Both the position numbers and the translations under genes were made by a program. The notes under the pieces were generated by a model. That model saw only the letters and a list, made by a program, of their open reading frames with translations, was not told the DNA's origin and did no database searches. A stretch of DNA of 59,737 nt, filler included, from Collodictyon triciliatum (taxonomy: Eukaryota), in assembly GCA_043381765.1 (NCBI GenBank). It is 4 parts of 4 records of this genome, joined end to end, with 100 filler letters (N's around TTAATTAATTAA, not from the genome) between each part and the next. Parts side by side here need not be neighbours in the genome. Positions count along the whole stretch, not along the records: positions 14,983 to 29,839 come from JBHJMP010001761.1; positions 29,940 to 44,792 come from JBHJMP010001762.1; positions 44,893 to 59,737 come from JBHJMP010001765.1; 1 more part is not named here. One strand, written 5' to 3'. The number at the start of each line of letters is the position of its first letter. Within the stretch, counting starts at the first letter, position 1. Shown piece after piece: positions 24,093-51,100 of the stretch.

Positions 24093-24423
24093 TCTACTGG
24101 AATAAAACTCTGCCTTCGTTTGCGCTTGCGAAGCAGACGAAAAATATAACAGCTGAGCAAAGAGTGTCTGAGGTTATTGCTGCAGTTGGTCTATCAACTT
24201 TCAGATGCGCCTCTTTCCCTCTTCTCAGGGAAAGGTTGTGCCAGAATCAATCAAGGATATGCCATTGCCCTTTCGTATCACGAAGTGGGGAAATGTCAAT
24301 ACTGATGAAAGCAAAAACATCAAAGAGACCTTTGGTGTTACCTGACATGATGTACTTTCTTTCCAATTCGAGTTAAGTTCTCAACAGACAGATGGAAAAT
24401 ATTTTGCTTGTTTCGTTTAAGCA

Positions 24424-27400
24424 TCACGCCCCTCGGGTGTGTTGTGCGTAGAGATACCCGACCGTGCCGAGAACCACTTTGGCATACTCCGGAGGCATCT
24501 CGTGTGCTCGTCTATTAGAGTTGAGGATGCCAACTATCTTATTCCTACATCGAGTGATTAATGAAAGGGGTTGGCGATTTTGATAAAGTTTTGAAGAATA
24601 AATTTTGAATTCATACAAAAAAAATACAGTAGGAATAAATTTTTTATTAATTTTTAAGACAAATACCACGAAGGAAGCACCGCAAGGGATGTGCGCGTAA
24701 TGCGACGAAGTTCTCTGAACAAGGTCATGGCAAAGACTGTGGCGATATCGGCTCCATTCTTAAAAGTGGCTTCTGGTATATAAACAGGACATTACTGAGT
24801 GTTCTATCAAAATTAAAAAAAAACTGTACATCGTCATACATTTAATGGTCATGATGACAATAAACTATATGATATCAAATATAACAAAAGATTTGACGCC
24901 GAAATGATTAAAGTAGCACTATGTGTAAATTCCTATTCAAACAATAAAGATATCAAGACAACAGAAGTGATATAGCAGAAATGGGATAATAGCACAAACC
25001 ACCATCAAAGCGACCCTTGGTTGCTATATCGCCGTTCAAGTCGCACATGTTACTTAGTATTTTCTCCTGGTTTGCATAATGTAGATTAATTTCTATCCAA
25101 CTCCATTTCATAATAATGAAACTTGATAATTAAAAGGGTAAAGATGGCCGGGTTTGGCTGTTTGCTTATAATATGCAAGGTTTGCTTGTTTCTATCAGAA
25201 TATAGTGGATATAGTATCAAATTGGTGCAAGTATATTGCATTCACCAATCTAGAGACTAGAGAAGAAAGAGCCTCAGAGTCCAAACTGTGCTGAGAGATG
25301 CTCGTGTGTATGCTTCAAAATATTTGTTATTTTCGTTAAGTAAAGATGATATTTTTTGTTTGGTAGTTTTATGAAAAAAAATATATGAAACAGTCGCATT
25401 TGCAATAACAAGTTAGTAAGAATTAAAATACTTACGCACAAAATTGCTCGTAAGAGCGCACAACGTCTGACATTAACTGATACAACTTTCCGTGGGTACT
25501 CTTCGAGTGATAAATTGAGATAAAAATAAGAAGTTAATTAGCTAGCTATCGAATTCATCGAGAGAAGTGTTTTTTTTTTTTTGACAAGGAATACATCTCA
25601 TATTCATAGGGATTATTTAATCAGAGTAGTCAAGTCCTTATATGTAAGAGAACAGGTAGGAACTCAGCAGTGGCCAACATCTATTTGGCAGTTGGCAATA
25701 TATAAGTGAATAACCTGTGTATTATGTCCTGTTTTCGTAAAGAGCACAGATAAACTGTCAGAAAGCTGAGGAATAGGCTTCCAATTAGTGTCGTTGGTCA
25801 GTCCAGAACCCACTACCGTACGAAAAGACCAGTTTGGATATTTTAATTTATTATGATACGATGAAAGTGAAAAGAATTGCAATATATAATATCAAATATG
25901 AAAGAAAATAAGTTACAATGGAATCGTACACAGAAGATCACACAGGATTTGTGTGCGAAGAATGCATCTATCTTGTGAATTATGGTACTCATCAACCACA
26001 CTTAGAAGGCACTTCACAATGGCTTGGTCATGAGGGAGAAACTGGACATTATGAAAAACTTTGTGAAACTTATGCAAATAAAAGTGCACATTTTATTTTC
26101 CAAAATTTGGCATACTATCACATTATTTGCGATTACATAATTACACAATATAATATTCTTTAGAAAAAAAAAGGCATCTAATCTAAAAGAGAAACCCTTC
26201 AGGCTTATTTCCCTCAATCATGATATATGTAATTACGTATTCCATCGCTCTCCTGACATATAATGGATATATCCTTTTGGAAATATCCTGGTTGAGAGCA
26301 TCAATCGTTTCAACTTGAATTTGTATCATATGTTGATAACCCGAACGGTCCCTAGTTCAATATAAAAAGCTATGAATTTATCATATTTCAAGGGGAAAAC
26401 ACCTTTGCATAATATCTTTTTAGTGTAAGTTGGTTGCCATTTTGATAAACTGGTATGATGCAGACAATTATATTGTTACTTTCTTTGTTCGATACAATTA
26501 AGCAAATTTTGCACGAATTTGTCATTCAAGTCAGATGCTTTATTTGTCACGGACAAAAATTGATATAGATTGTTAACCTATGATATGTAAATATTGTCGG
26601 GCTTCTTAGAATCCATATTTATTCTTCAATTTGGATATCAGAACTAAAGAACATATGGGCCCACTACAAGAAACCATAGTTTATTTCTTACGTATCCCAT
26701 ATCTGATAGGTATTGAACCCATGGGTCGACTAATTCGTTTATGTTGGGCATCATTTCATCATGTTCCTATAAATTAGGTGGAAACTATATGAGAGAAATG
26801 TATAAATATGTAAACATATGGCATTGTAGACATACTCGCATCATAATTAGATTACTATGACAGTTGTGAAAGACATATTTTTTTTAATTTTTTCGGAGAT
26901 TTGCGCATTCAATTAAAACTTGAGGTATATTTTTGAATTAATATTAGCAATATTTGAATAATATGAACTGCATGGTTCCTATTATAGAATTTCTTACTTG
27001 TATATTTTGAGTATAAACATATGCAAAGTGGCACTTGAAACGTGTGAAACTCAGGTCAGTATGCGATTGGCTCATAGTCGTTTCGGCAAAAGTAGTCAGA
27101 CCAAATTCTAAAACTATAGCTTTGAACACAGAGTAATCTGTAGCACCAATATCTACTTGGCTTCTCAGATTTATGAATATGGGTGTTAAAAATAAAACTA
27201 GGAAAGATTTTAAAACTAAGCACCAATCAAATGTAATCTTATTCGATATAACAAGTCCATACTGATAAGATTCAAAAGCTTGTAGAAATTGAGAGACACT
27301 GATGTCAACCATGGACTGAAAATCCTTGAGTGGCATATTTTCCCTAGCCTTATATCAAATGTATGTGTCAGGTCGTTCTGACATGCATATTGGGCAATCA

Positions 27401-29701
27401 TGCATAATAGACAACACTATGTATGAGAATAAGGACGTGCCTGGTCAATAATTGATTGAAACTGGACATTTGCAAATATCCAAAGAGCATCCTGTGAAAT
27501 GTATATATTATTGATTATTCTAACAAATGCCAAACGAAAGTTTGCATATTAGATTATTGATCTTAAAAGAAAAGAAAAAAGAAAAGAGGGAAGATATATG
27601 TACAAATGTAATTACCCTCCAAGAATCTGTCCATTGTATGTTGCTTACAGGACACCCGAATATGAGAGATAAAAATACTATCTCTGAAGGTGCATAATCG
27701 CCTGAACCCTAGAATACAAAATAAAAGGGAACAAACAAAGCTATCTTTACTGAATTGCGCAGTTGTAATACATATCAATATGGTTCAAAATACCTGAATT
27801 TTTGTGACTAAACTTCGGATGATTGAATCACCTCCCTCTACATTTTCATTGCTGTTGAAAAAGTTGTCTGACAGAACACCTTATGTTTTTTTATTATTAT
27901 TATCAAATAACAATAATTTTCAAAAAAAAAGAGTCATCAATAATAAATTTTAGCAAATACGTCATGAAGTTTTCTTAGAAAAGATAAAAAAAAGAAAGGG
28001 TGGCATCATAACATGTAACATTTCAATCTGACTACTATAAAAACGAAGCAGATGGAATGAACCTTGGAGTAGCATCCGTCCACCAATAAACGCATTCCAA
28101 AAGATTTGAAACGTTTCCTTAATTTTTAATGTTGAAGTATTTTAATATCAAGAAAGAATGTAGTCATGCCTAAATGGAACGTGTGTTCGATGGGCAGACG
28201 AAATTTATTTGGGTGTTATATCCTGGCTTACAAAATTATGGAAACTGAATGAATTAATTTTAACAGACATCAGATGTCGCAGTAGCCTCGAGCTGGCTGT
28301 TGAAAAATCTAGCCCCTTTTCGAAGGTTCTGAATGAGGTACTGGAACAGATTTTCTCGCTGGAGTAAGTCATAGGAAAATATTAGAGGAAATAAAAAGAT
28401 CAAGAGGCATGCTGGTGACTTCTTTTTTTTTTTTAACTCATAACGTATTAAATATGTTGTAATATACAGATAAAATAGCTCACATCTTCATTATCGCTCC
28501 TTGTTGCTATGATATTCATAATCAAACCTGGGAGCAGATCCGCCTAATTCCATAAAAATGCAGTTCATGTCAGATATGACCGCTTCATGCCCATTTCACG
28601 TCGTAAAATTATGACAAACGTTGGGTTAATTTTTTTTTAAAAAAAAGAAAAAGAAAATCAATGGTTCCAAGAACTGGAATTTCGGTGCGTATGCATGTAT
28701 GTATGTATGTATGTATGTATGTATGTATGTATGTATGTATGNNNNNNNNNNNGTATGTATGTATGTATGTATGTATGTATGTANNNNNNNNNGAATGGTT
28801 AAAGACAAGAATAATTTGTGATGTGAATTAACCCATTTATCATCCCACAGAATATTCGGATAAGGAGATGTTTCGTTTATCCAACAGACGATATTCTAGG
28901 GAAAGGATTGTATTTTTTTTTTATTGACACTGTTGTGTTAAAATGTGATTATTTTATGATCCGGCCCTTGAATAATGAGTGGCAAAAGTTTTAATTTGAT
29001 ATGGTATACAAATCTAAAATCCGAGTACATGTTTATTGATAATCAACCAACAAGACATCCTCACCTTCAGAAACGACACATATTCTGATTGACAGATAAT
29101 TCTGTAGTACGGTTGCGGCATCTGTAAAGCTGTTGCGATTTCTTCCGATTGTTCCAGTCCAAAGAGCTTCCATGCTTTCATCTTACTGAGCAGAATCCAG
29201 GAAAACTTTTCACTTTGAATGATTTGCCATTCCTTTTTTTGAAAAAGAGAAAAAGAGAAAAAGAAAATATTTATCGATTTACGTAAGGCCATTCGACCAG
29301 GAAATATTAGGATTTGCAGTGATTTCTTAGGACATATATGAAACATACATTCATAACAGAATCAGTGGAATGCCTAAAGGAACTTAGAGCCTCTTCCCTA
29401 TGAGCAAGATGTAAATGACTGTGAAGTATTGTATTACAAAATAAAGAGTGATAAGGGAAGAAATCGAACATAGATATATAAAATGTGCAATGTAATGCCC
29501 AAACTGACTGAAGGAATAGAGTGTCGATGTATCCTTTGAAGCTTTCCGGATCATCAAAGCGAATATGGTTCAAATGCTCTGCCAAGAACTCATCACGGTC
29601 CTATTTAATGGTAGATAAAACAAAGATTGTACATTTCTTGTTGTCAATGTGGAGCTACTGAAACCGGCTGTCATGCGGTCTCTTCGGTCATTGAATTGAT
29701 T
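24424..29701 (-). CDS. Multi-exon gene for an unrecognised, probably alpha-helical protein; 5' end lies beyond the scaffold end
   Basis: About 20 phase-compatible exons can be chained, e.g. DRDEFLAEHLNHIRFDDPESFKGYIDTLFLQ, EWQIIQSEKFSWILLSKMKAWKLF, RENLFQYLIQNLRKGARFF, ATFKNGADIATVFAMTLFRELRR, WNKIVGILNSNRRAHEMPPEYAKVVLGTVGYLYAQHTRGA*. I recognise no family motif. Some junctions and the final exon are uncertain. Confidence 0.7.
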
Positions 29702-29744
29702 CTTTTAACGCAGAAAAGTAGCGAAAAGGCTATAAAGAAAGAGA

Positions 29745-29839
29745 AGGAAAAGGAAAAGGAAAAGGAAAAGGAAAAGGAAAAGGAAAAGGAAAAGGAAAAG
29801 GAAAAGGAAAAGGAAAAGGAAAAGGAAAAGGAAAAGGAA
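29745..29839. repeat. (GGAAAA)n microsatellite at the end of scaffold 2
   Basis: Direct tandem repeat running into the spacer. Confidence 0.95.
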
Positions 29840-29939
29840 NNNNNNNNNNNNNNNNNNNNNNNNNNNNNNNNNNNNNNNNNNNNTTAATTAATTAANNNNN
29901 NNNNNNNNNNNNNNNNNNNNNNNNNNNNNNNNNNNNNNN
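29840..29939. other. Artificial scaffold-joining spacer N44-TTAATTAATTAA-N44
   Basis: Identical 100-nt structure to the other spacers. Confidence 0.97.
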
Positions 29940-30185
<246 letters not shown>

Positions 30186-30192
30186 TAAAAAG

Positions 30193-44668
<14,476 letters not shown>

Positions 44669-44695
44669 GTTTGCAGAAAATTTTTTTGACTTGGT

Positions 44696-44792
44696 GTTTG
44701 TTTTGTTTTGTTTTGTTTTGTTTTGTTTTGTTTTGTTTTGTTTTGTTTTGTTTTGTTTTGTTTTGTTTTGTTTTGTTTTGTTTTGTTTTGTT
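44696..44792. repeat. (GTTTT)n microsatellite at the end of scaffold 3 (5' part of an intron)
   Basis: Direct tandem repeat downstream of the donor at 44669. Confidence 0.95.
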
Positions 44793-44892
44793 NNNNNNNN
44801 NNNNNNNNNNNNNNNNNNNNNNNNNNNNNNNNNNNNTTAATTAATTAANNNNNNNNNNNNNNNNNNNNNNNNNNNNNNNNNNNNNNNNNNNN
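44793..44892. other. Artificial scaffold-joining spacer N44-TTAATTAATTAA-N44
   Basis: Identical 100-nt structure to the other spacers. Confidence 0.97.
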
Positions 44893-45111
44893 AAAAAAAA
44901 AAAAAAAAAAAAAAAAAACAAAAAACAAAAAACAAAAAAAAACAAAAAACAAAAAACAAAAAACAAAAAACAAAAAACAAAAAACAAAAAAACAAAAAAA
45001 CAAAAACAAAAACAAAAAAACAATAATTAAACATACTTATGCATATTTATACACTCACGCAACCTTCAGCACAGAAAGGCCCAGCACGGAGACCGCCCCG
45101 CATTCAGGAGG

Positions 45112-48100
45112 ATGAGTGTGGGAACGACGATTGTGCGAGTGATGATCGAGGACGGGCTTTCAGAGACCGAAAGCACCACTGTTCTCGTCCCGCGCAACGC
45201 CACTGCAGGGCAGATCGTTCAGCAGGCGATTCGGCGCTGCAACATCACGCAAAGGACGGATCGGCTGAGTCTCTATGTGCGCACGTCCCTGTCCACAAAG
45301 CCCGCTCTTCTGGAACACGCCGTCTGCACGACCGACCATCTGGAGGCCTCTGGGGTTTGTCCCGTCCCTTTGCCTCGCTCTCTCCTCCGGCAAGAGGCTT
45401 GACTATTTTTTGTTTTTATTTATTCGAATTTCTTCCCCTTTATTCGATGACAAGAGGCTTGCCTTAAACATGTCCTCTTCCAGTCCTGTCCCATCCCATA
45501 CTCTCCCATCCCATCCCTTTTCGAACCGTGGGGCTGCACCAGATAATCAGACTCGCTCTTCAGGCAAAAGAGGGTCTTTCCTTGCTCTTTATCTATGGTA
45601 ATTATACCCTTCTGTTCAGAGTATCTTCGAGCTCCGCAGCCTGGACCGCATTCGTGTGAAGGTTCTCTTCCAAGAGGGGCTCAGTCCAACTGCACAGAAG
45701 ATCATGGAATTTGACTTTAATGGATGCACTGCAAAGAAATTTCTGAGCTGGGTTGTTCGAAGGTAGTGCTTACTCGATGATATGATAATACTTGTAACCG
45801 CACTGATTTATATTTGGATATATGCCTCTAATTTCCACCATTGTACTTGTGAGGTCAATAAGGTTTCTTTATTTATCTAGAACACCATCAGTTCTACCTG
45901 ATTCTTTGTTTATGTTGTTGATGTTGTCGTTGCTTTAATATTACAACATCTCTTTGCACAATTGACAGGCCATGTGTTCTGAGTAAAACGAGTTCTGATG
46001 ATTATTTTTTCAAACTACGATTAGGTCCTCAATATCACAGCACACCGACAATCTTGCGATCAGTTTTCACTCCAGAAAGGTGTGATATATACCCGATATG
46101 TTTCCCTCTTTCTTTGATATAATGTGTATAATACTTTTCAAAATTAATGTCAAATTAATTTGGTAAATGCTGCCCCAATTATTTCATCAATATCTCTTCA
46201 CAAAATGGATAGTTTGAATATTGGTGCATAGCAATTTCTCTTCTTTCTCCCCCCGTTCATAAGTCTCACTTTTTGAAACATCCATGCTGGGTTGTAGTTG
46301 ATAATCATGGGAGATGAAAGTTTTCCTGCAGACATATCTGCAAAGGATATATTCGAGATACGAGCCAAAGGAATCGCAATCAACCTAGTTCTGCCTGATG
46401 AGACTACATACTCGTATTCAGCCGATTTCTTTCGACCTATCTCCAATATATTATCTGAACTGTGTTCCAAATTGGATCTTGTTGAGCAAGAATTTGTGTT
46501 TGCCACAGAAAAGAAAGAAGGTTATTATTTTAGCTCTTTTTTTTTCATTTTCATCGCAAATATGTAAATAATAGTTTTGAATTGCACCAATCAGGGAGTT
46601 TTTTTTTTTCTTGTTGATATTTTGTTATCCATGACAATCTTTGAGGTGTTGTGTTATTTTCTACAAAAAAAAAATTAATTCTTTTACTTGGCTTCAGTTT
46701 TGGATGGAAACCTTTCTTTCCAAGCGCAAGGTATCCAACAGAATGAGACAATTTATATGCGTTTCAAAAAGAAGAAGCATCAAACGAATCAATCAAGTAT
46801 TGTGTTCAAAAAGGTATCAGTACGATTATTTTTATTCTTACTTTATTCATATGGAAACATATTGTTACATCCATTCTAATATCAATTATCTTCAAACATC
46901 ATTATCTAAAAGCTATATAGGTGTCACAAACCGTTTCCTGATTTATTGCTATCCTTACTTTGGAAATTCTGGTGTTTTTTTTAACTTTTCTTTCTTTCAT
47001 GTGACTGAGTTTAGGGAACATCTAGAAGCACTGTACGAGGTGCCGATTCTACGGCAGTTGAGATGCCCAGGTATGCCAACTCCAATCCATCACTGATAAC
47101 ACTCCATATCAACTCTTTTGTCTCGACTAAAAAATTGTTCATCCATTTATTCGAAATTATTTAAATAAATTTCTAATTTGTTATCAGATTCTTTATCAAT
47201 ATGTTGATTCTGGACCACACATCAAAGAGGCTCAAGGATATTCCCTTCATCATCGACCGAAATCCCGTCACTTGGTTGAATGAATTTATCGAGCTGGGCG
47301 GATTAGATGTTCTAATTGACACCTTAGAGATTTATGGAAGACGCAGGAGATTCACGTGATTATTAATACTATAAATTCTAAAATTTGTTTATTTCCATTG
47401 GCTAGAATATTTTCGTTGTTGAATCTGTACCCACTGCTTTGATAAATCGAATAATTTGGTTTAACCGAAATGCCATTAATGAAACACAGTCAAGACCAGT
47501 TGATCATTGAAGATATATTGCAGATTATTGCATCAGTGCTCAACAAAGACGAGGTTTGTCCTTGTGAGACCTTTTTGTTATTTTGAGACATAAAGTATGA
47601 TAGCCACGGTGAAGATGAATTCGACTACAGGAGGAGAAAACCAGCCGACCAACAAAATATTTACGTATTGCTTGTATGTGTGTTTTTACAGGTTGGGCTG
47701 GCAAATATAGTAAAAAAACAGACGACCTGCTCTGTGTTGATCTTGATATTGGACCCTCTTTGGTCTGTTCACCTTCGAGTAATAGTTTTACGAGCTCTTG
47801 CAGCAATCACATCTGTTTCACAAGTTGGGTTCAAGTGAGTCGTAATTGTTTTTTACCGCCACAGGCCTTCGTCATCCATATCGCTAATTCTTTCAACACA
47901 TTCTTATAAAAAAGGATGACTGAAAGCGCATTTGAAGCATCGTCACAACTACACCAGAAACCCGCCTTCTATGAAATTGTTGATATCCTCTCATCGCAAG
48001 AAACTATTGATTTGAAAGTAATCCTGTCCTTTTTTATATTTTTATTTCGCACAAACTGGAAGGAAGAATACAAAAAAAAACTATTTTATATGCAAATCTA

Positions 48101-51100
48101 TATATATATATACCATTCACTCGTGCTATCTCAAATTTCTTGTAATATTTCAGCAACTAATCGTCCAATTTTCTTTTCTTTTTGAAATGTAGATTTATGC
48201 TTTCGTGCTTGTAAACGCACTGTGCAGCACATCCACAAACCTCCAAGAGAGAATTCAGACAAGAGATAAATTCATTCAGACTGGACTTTCAAAAGTGATT
48301 CCTGTAAGAAGTTATCTCCACAACTTGGAATATTACCATGCCTAAATTTCATACATATATGTCAAGGTAGCTAAGACAGCCAACCTTCCACTTCTTTCTT
48401 TCTTGTTCTTTTTCCAGCAAATAATATTTGATGGTATTTAACATCACCACTTTCCCTGCAGGATTTAAGAGCAGAAAATGATGGTGTATTAGATGGGCAA
48501 CTCAACATATTCTCTGAAGAAGCCCACCTGGACCAATCTCAAATTGTCAAGCTCGCATCCTTCTCCCTTGGAGAAGTTGATATTAAGTAAATAGCCATTT
48601 TTAATGATACTAGTTTGGATTCATGATTAGTATGCTGCATACCACATATATTAGATGAATGAATCTCTTGCATTCGTACAACAGATTCATTTCAATGTCA
48701 ATTAGCTTTAATTTCTTTGTATGTCGACAATAGTGACCCTATCTCCATTGTTTCCCATCTGAAAGCAAACATGCAAGGGACAGATATGTCCGAATGGCTC
48801 CTTATTATTCTGCAACGATTATTCGTTATCCCAAAGGTTTCTTGCAATATTTTTTCCCTTTATTCAATTCAAGGTTTCTTGTTGCAATTATACATATTAA
48901 ATTTACCTATTATCATTCACTTTTCTTTTTATTTCAACTCATTTGAAAAAGGCAGTTTCCTATATTATATTTCTTTTGCGATATTTGTTTAAATCAATTA
49001 TTATGTTTGACTACAATATTTACAAGTGTTGTACTTTGGGTTTTACATGTTTCGATTTCAATTTCAGGACGAGGAGCTGGCCAGTCGCATCTGGCAGTTA
49101 CTCGACCATCTAGTCAGTCGCGTAGTTCAACTCGGACCGAATGAGAATCCAGATGAATGTAATTTTTGGACATGATAAATGCATCCTCTTTCAATAAATT
49201 AGATGGATTCTTCCACCTAAATGTAATTTTTATTACCCGAATAATAATTATGCCACTTTTACTTTATGTAGTGTTCACAACCAAAGAGCAACTTGATGCA
49301 CTAAACGCCTCATATAACGCCCGAATCAGCGAGTATCAAAGGTCTTACACAGCCTTAAAGAAAGAGAAAGACCAACTTGCTCACAACTTTGAACTCTTGC
49401 GATCCGAGTTTGAAAAAAACACTGGTCAAAAGTATGAAGATAGTTCGGCAACCTCGGCCAATCCGCAGCGTAATTTTATTTCTTGATCCGTTTTTTCTTA
49501 TTTGATTTTTTTTTAATGCATCCACATACATATGTAATGTTCACTTTTTATTTATTCTTATTAAGTTCACAAATGTGCATATATTAATTTTACATGCTTA
49601 ACTCTGTTTTATCGTCGTCTCTGTGGTATATTTGATTGAAAGAAGAATAAAATGTTTGTGTAGTATCCTTGAATGCTAGTCATACCATAAAGCTTCTTTT
49701 CTTAAAAATCCCAAACACGCAGCCACCGGGCAAGCTGTGCGAAATCGGCCAGTCTCCACAGCGGTGCTACTATCAGATGTGTGGGGACCAAATGCCGGGC
49801 CTGTTTTGCCCCGCACGTCGTCGTCTCAGATGATGACAGGCAACTCTACCACGGCATCGGCCAAGCGAGAGCAGTCTCTCTCCAACAGCAATTTCGGTAG
49901 CATGGTCACGCTTGTGGAGGAAACAGATGAGGCGTCCGGCAAAGACGGCGACGCTTCCGGCGGGGACGGATCGAAACAGTCCTCTGGAGTCTTAAAGTCC
50001 CTGCGCAACTCTGCATCCAGCGCAACAAGCAAGCTTCTCCGCTCAATATCGTCCAATAAGAACGTCTCTGATTCCTCATCCCAGCAAGGCGACGGTCAGG
50101 CAGCTTCTGGTCAATCCGCTGCGCTTGCCACAGACAACGTGTCTGCATCTGTTTCGCCTGGCGGGACATCTGGCACTTTCCAACAGCCCGGAATGAGTGG
50201 AGGGCATGCACCAGTCTCTTTGGGAATGACAGGTGGTCCGCCACCACCACCGCCGTTGACTTCTGTGCAAACTTCAAATACATTTGCTGAATCATCATTG
50301 ACATCGCCGCCACCGCCACCGCCACCGGGAATGATGGGAGGTCCGCCACCGCCGCCACCGCTGGGAATGATGGGAGGTCCGCCACCGCCGCCGCCACCGG
50401 GAATGATGGGAGGTCCGCCACCACCACCGGGAATGATGGGAGCTGGAATCGGCTCGTCGGCAGCTGGTTTGTAGACTTGTTTCATGTGCATATCCAGCTT
50501 TACAGATTACTTTTTCCCTTTTTCCCTTTTTTTCCCCTTTTTTCCCCTTTTTTCCCCTTTTTTCCCTTTTTTTTCCCTTTTTTTTCCCTTTTTTTCCCTT
50601 TTTTCTTTCAATTTTTTTGTAGTATATAAACACTTTTCTGTGCATGTTTGTGACTCTTTCTATTGCCTATTCTCTTAAGTATTGTTAATTCTGATGCTGA
50701 TACGTCAAATTAAATTCCTAACATATTCATATATATGCCCATTGGTTGTCTGGCGCAAAACTCAGCCCCTCGGTTGAAACCCATCCCAAAGCCATCAGTC
50801 CCTATGAAACAGTTCAATTGGGTGAGGAAAACGTGTACATACGCACTTCTAATATGTTTACCTCAAAAATAAAAAGAAAAATGTTTATATCAAATATTCC
50901 TGGATATTGTTACCTTGAAATATTTTTTTTATAAACATTATTTTGTTGCACAGGTTAAAATCCCTCCTGGAAAAATATCAAAAACTTTCTGGTCTGGGAT
51001 GGTATTAGACGATATGGATGTGGACTTCGGGGACATTGAGGATCAATTTAAGACAAAAGTTGCTGAAGGTTTTTTTTTCTTTTCTAGAATGAGTCAACAA

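Noticed and set aside
26450-26479. Apparent 30-nt mini-intron in the orphan gene
   Set aside because: A longer intron from the same donor to the acceptor near 26352 restores frame, while the mini-intron model gives a phase conflict.
50306-50441. Regularly spaced ~33-nt repeats as a CRISPR-like array
   Set aside because: They are coding PPPPPPGMMGG units of the formin FH1 domain, with no unique spacers and no cas genes.
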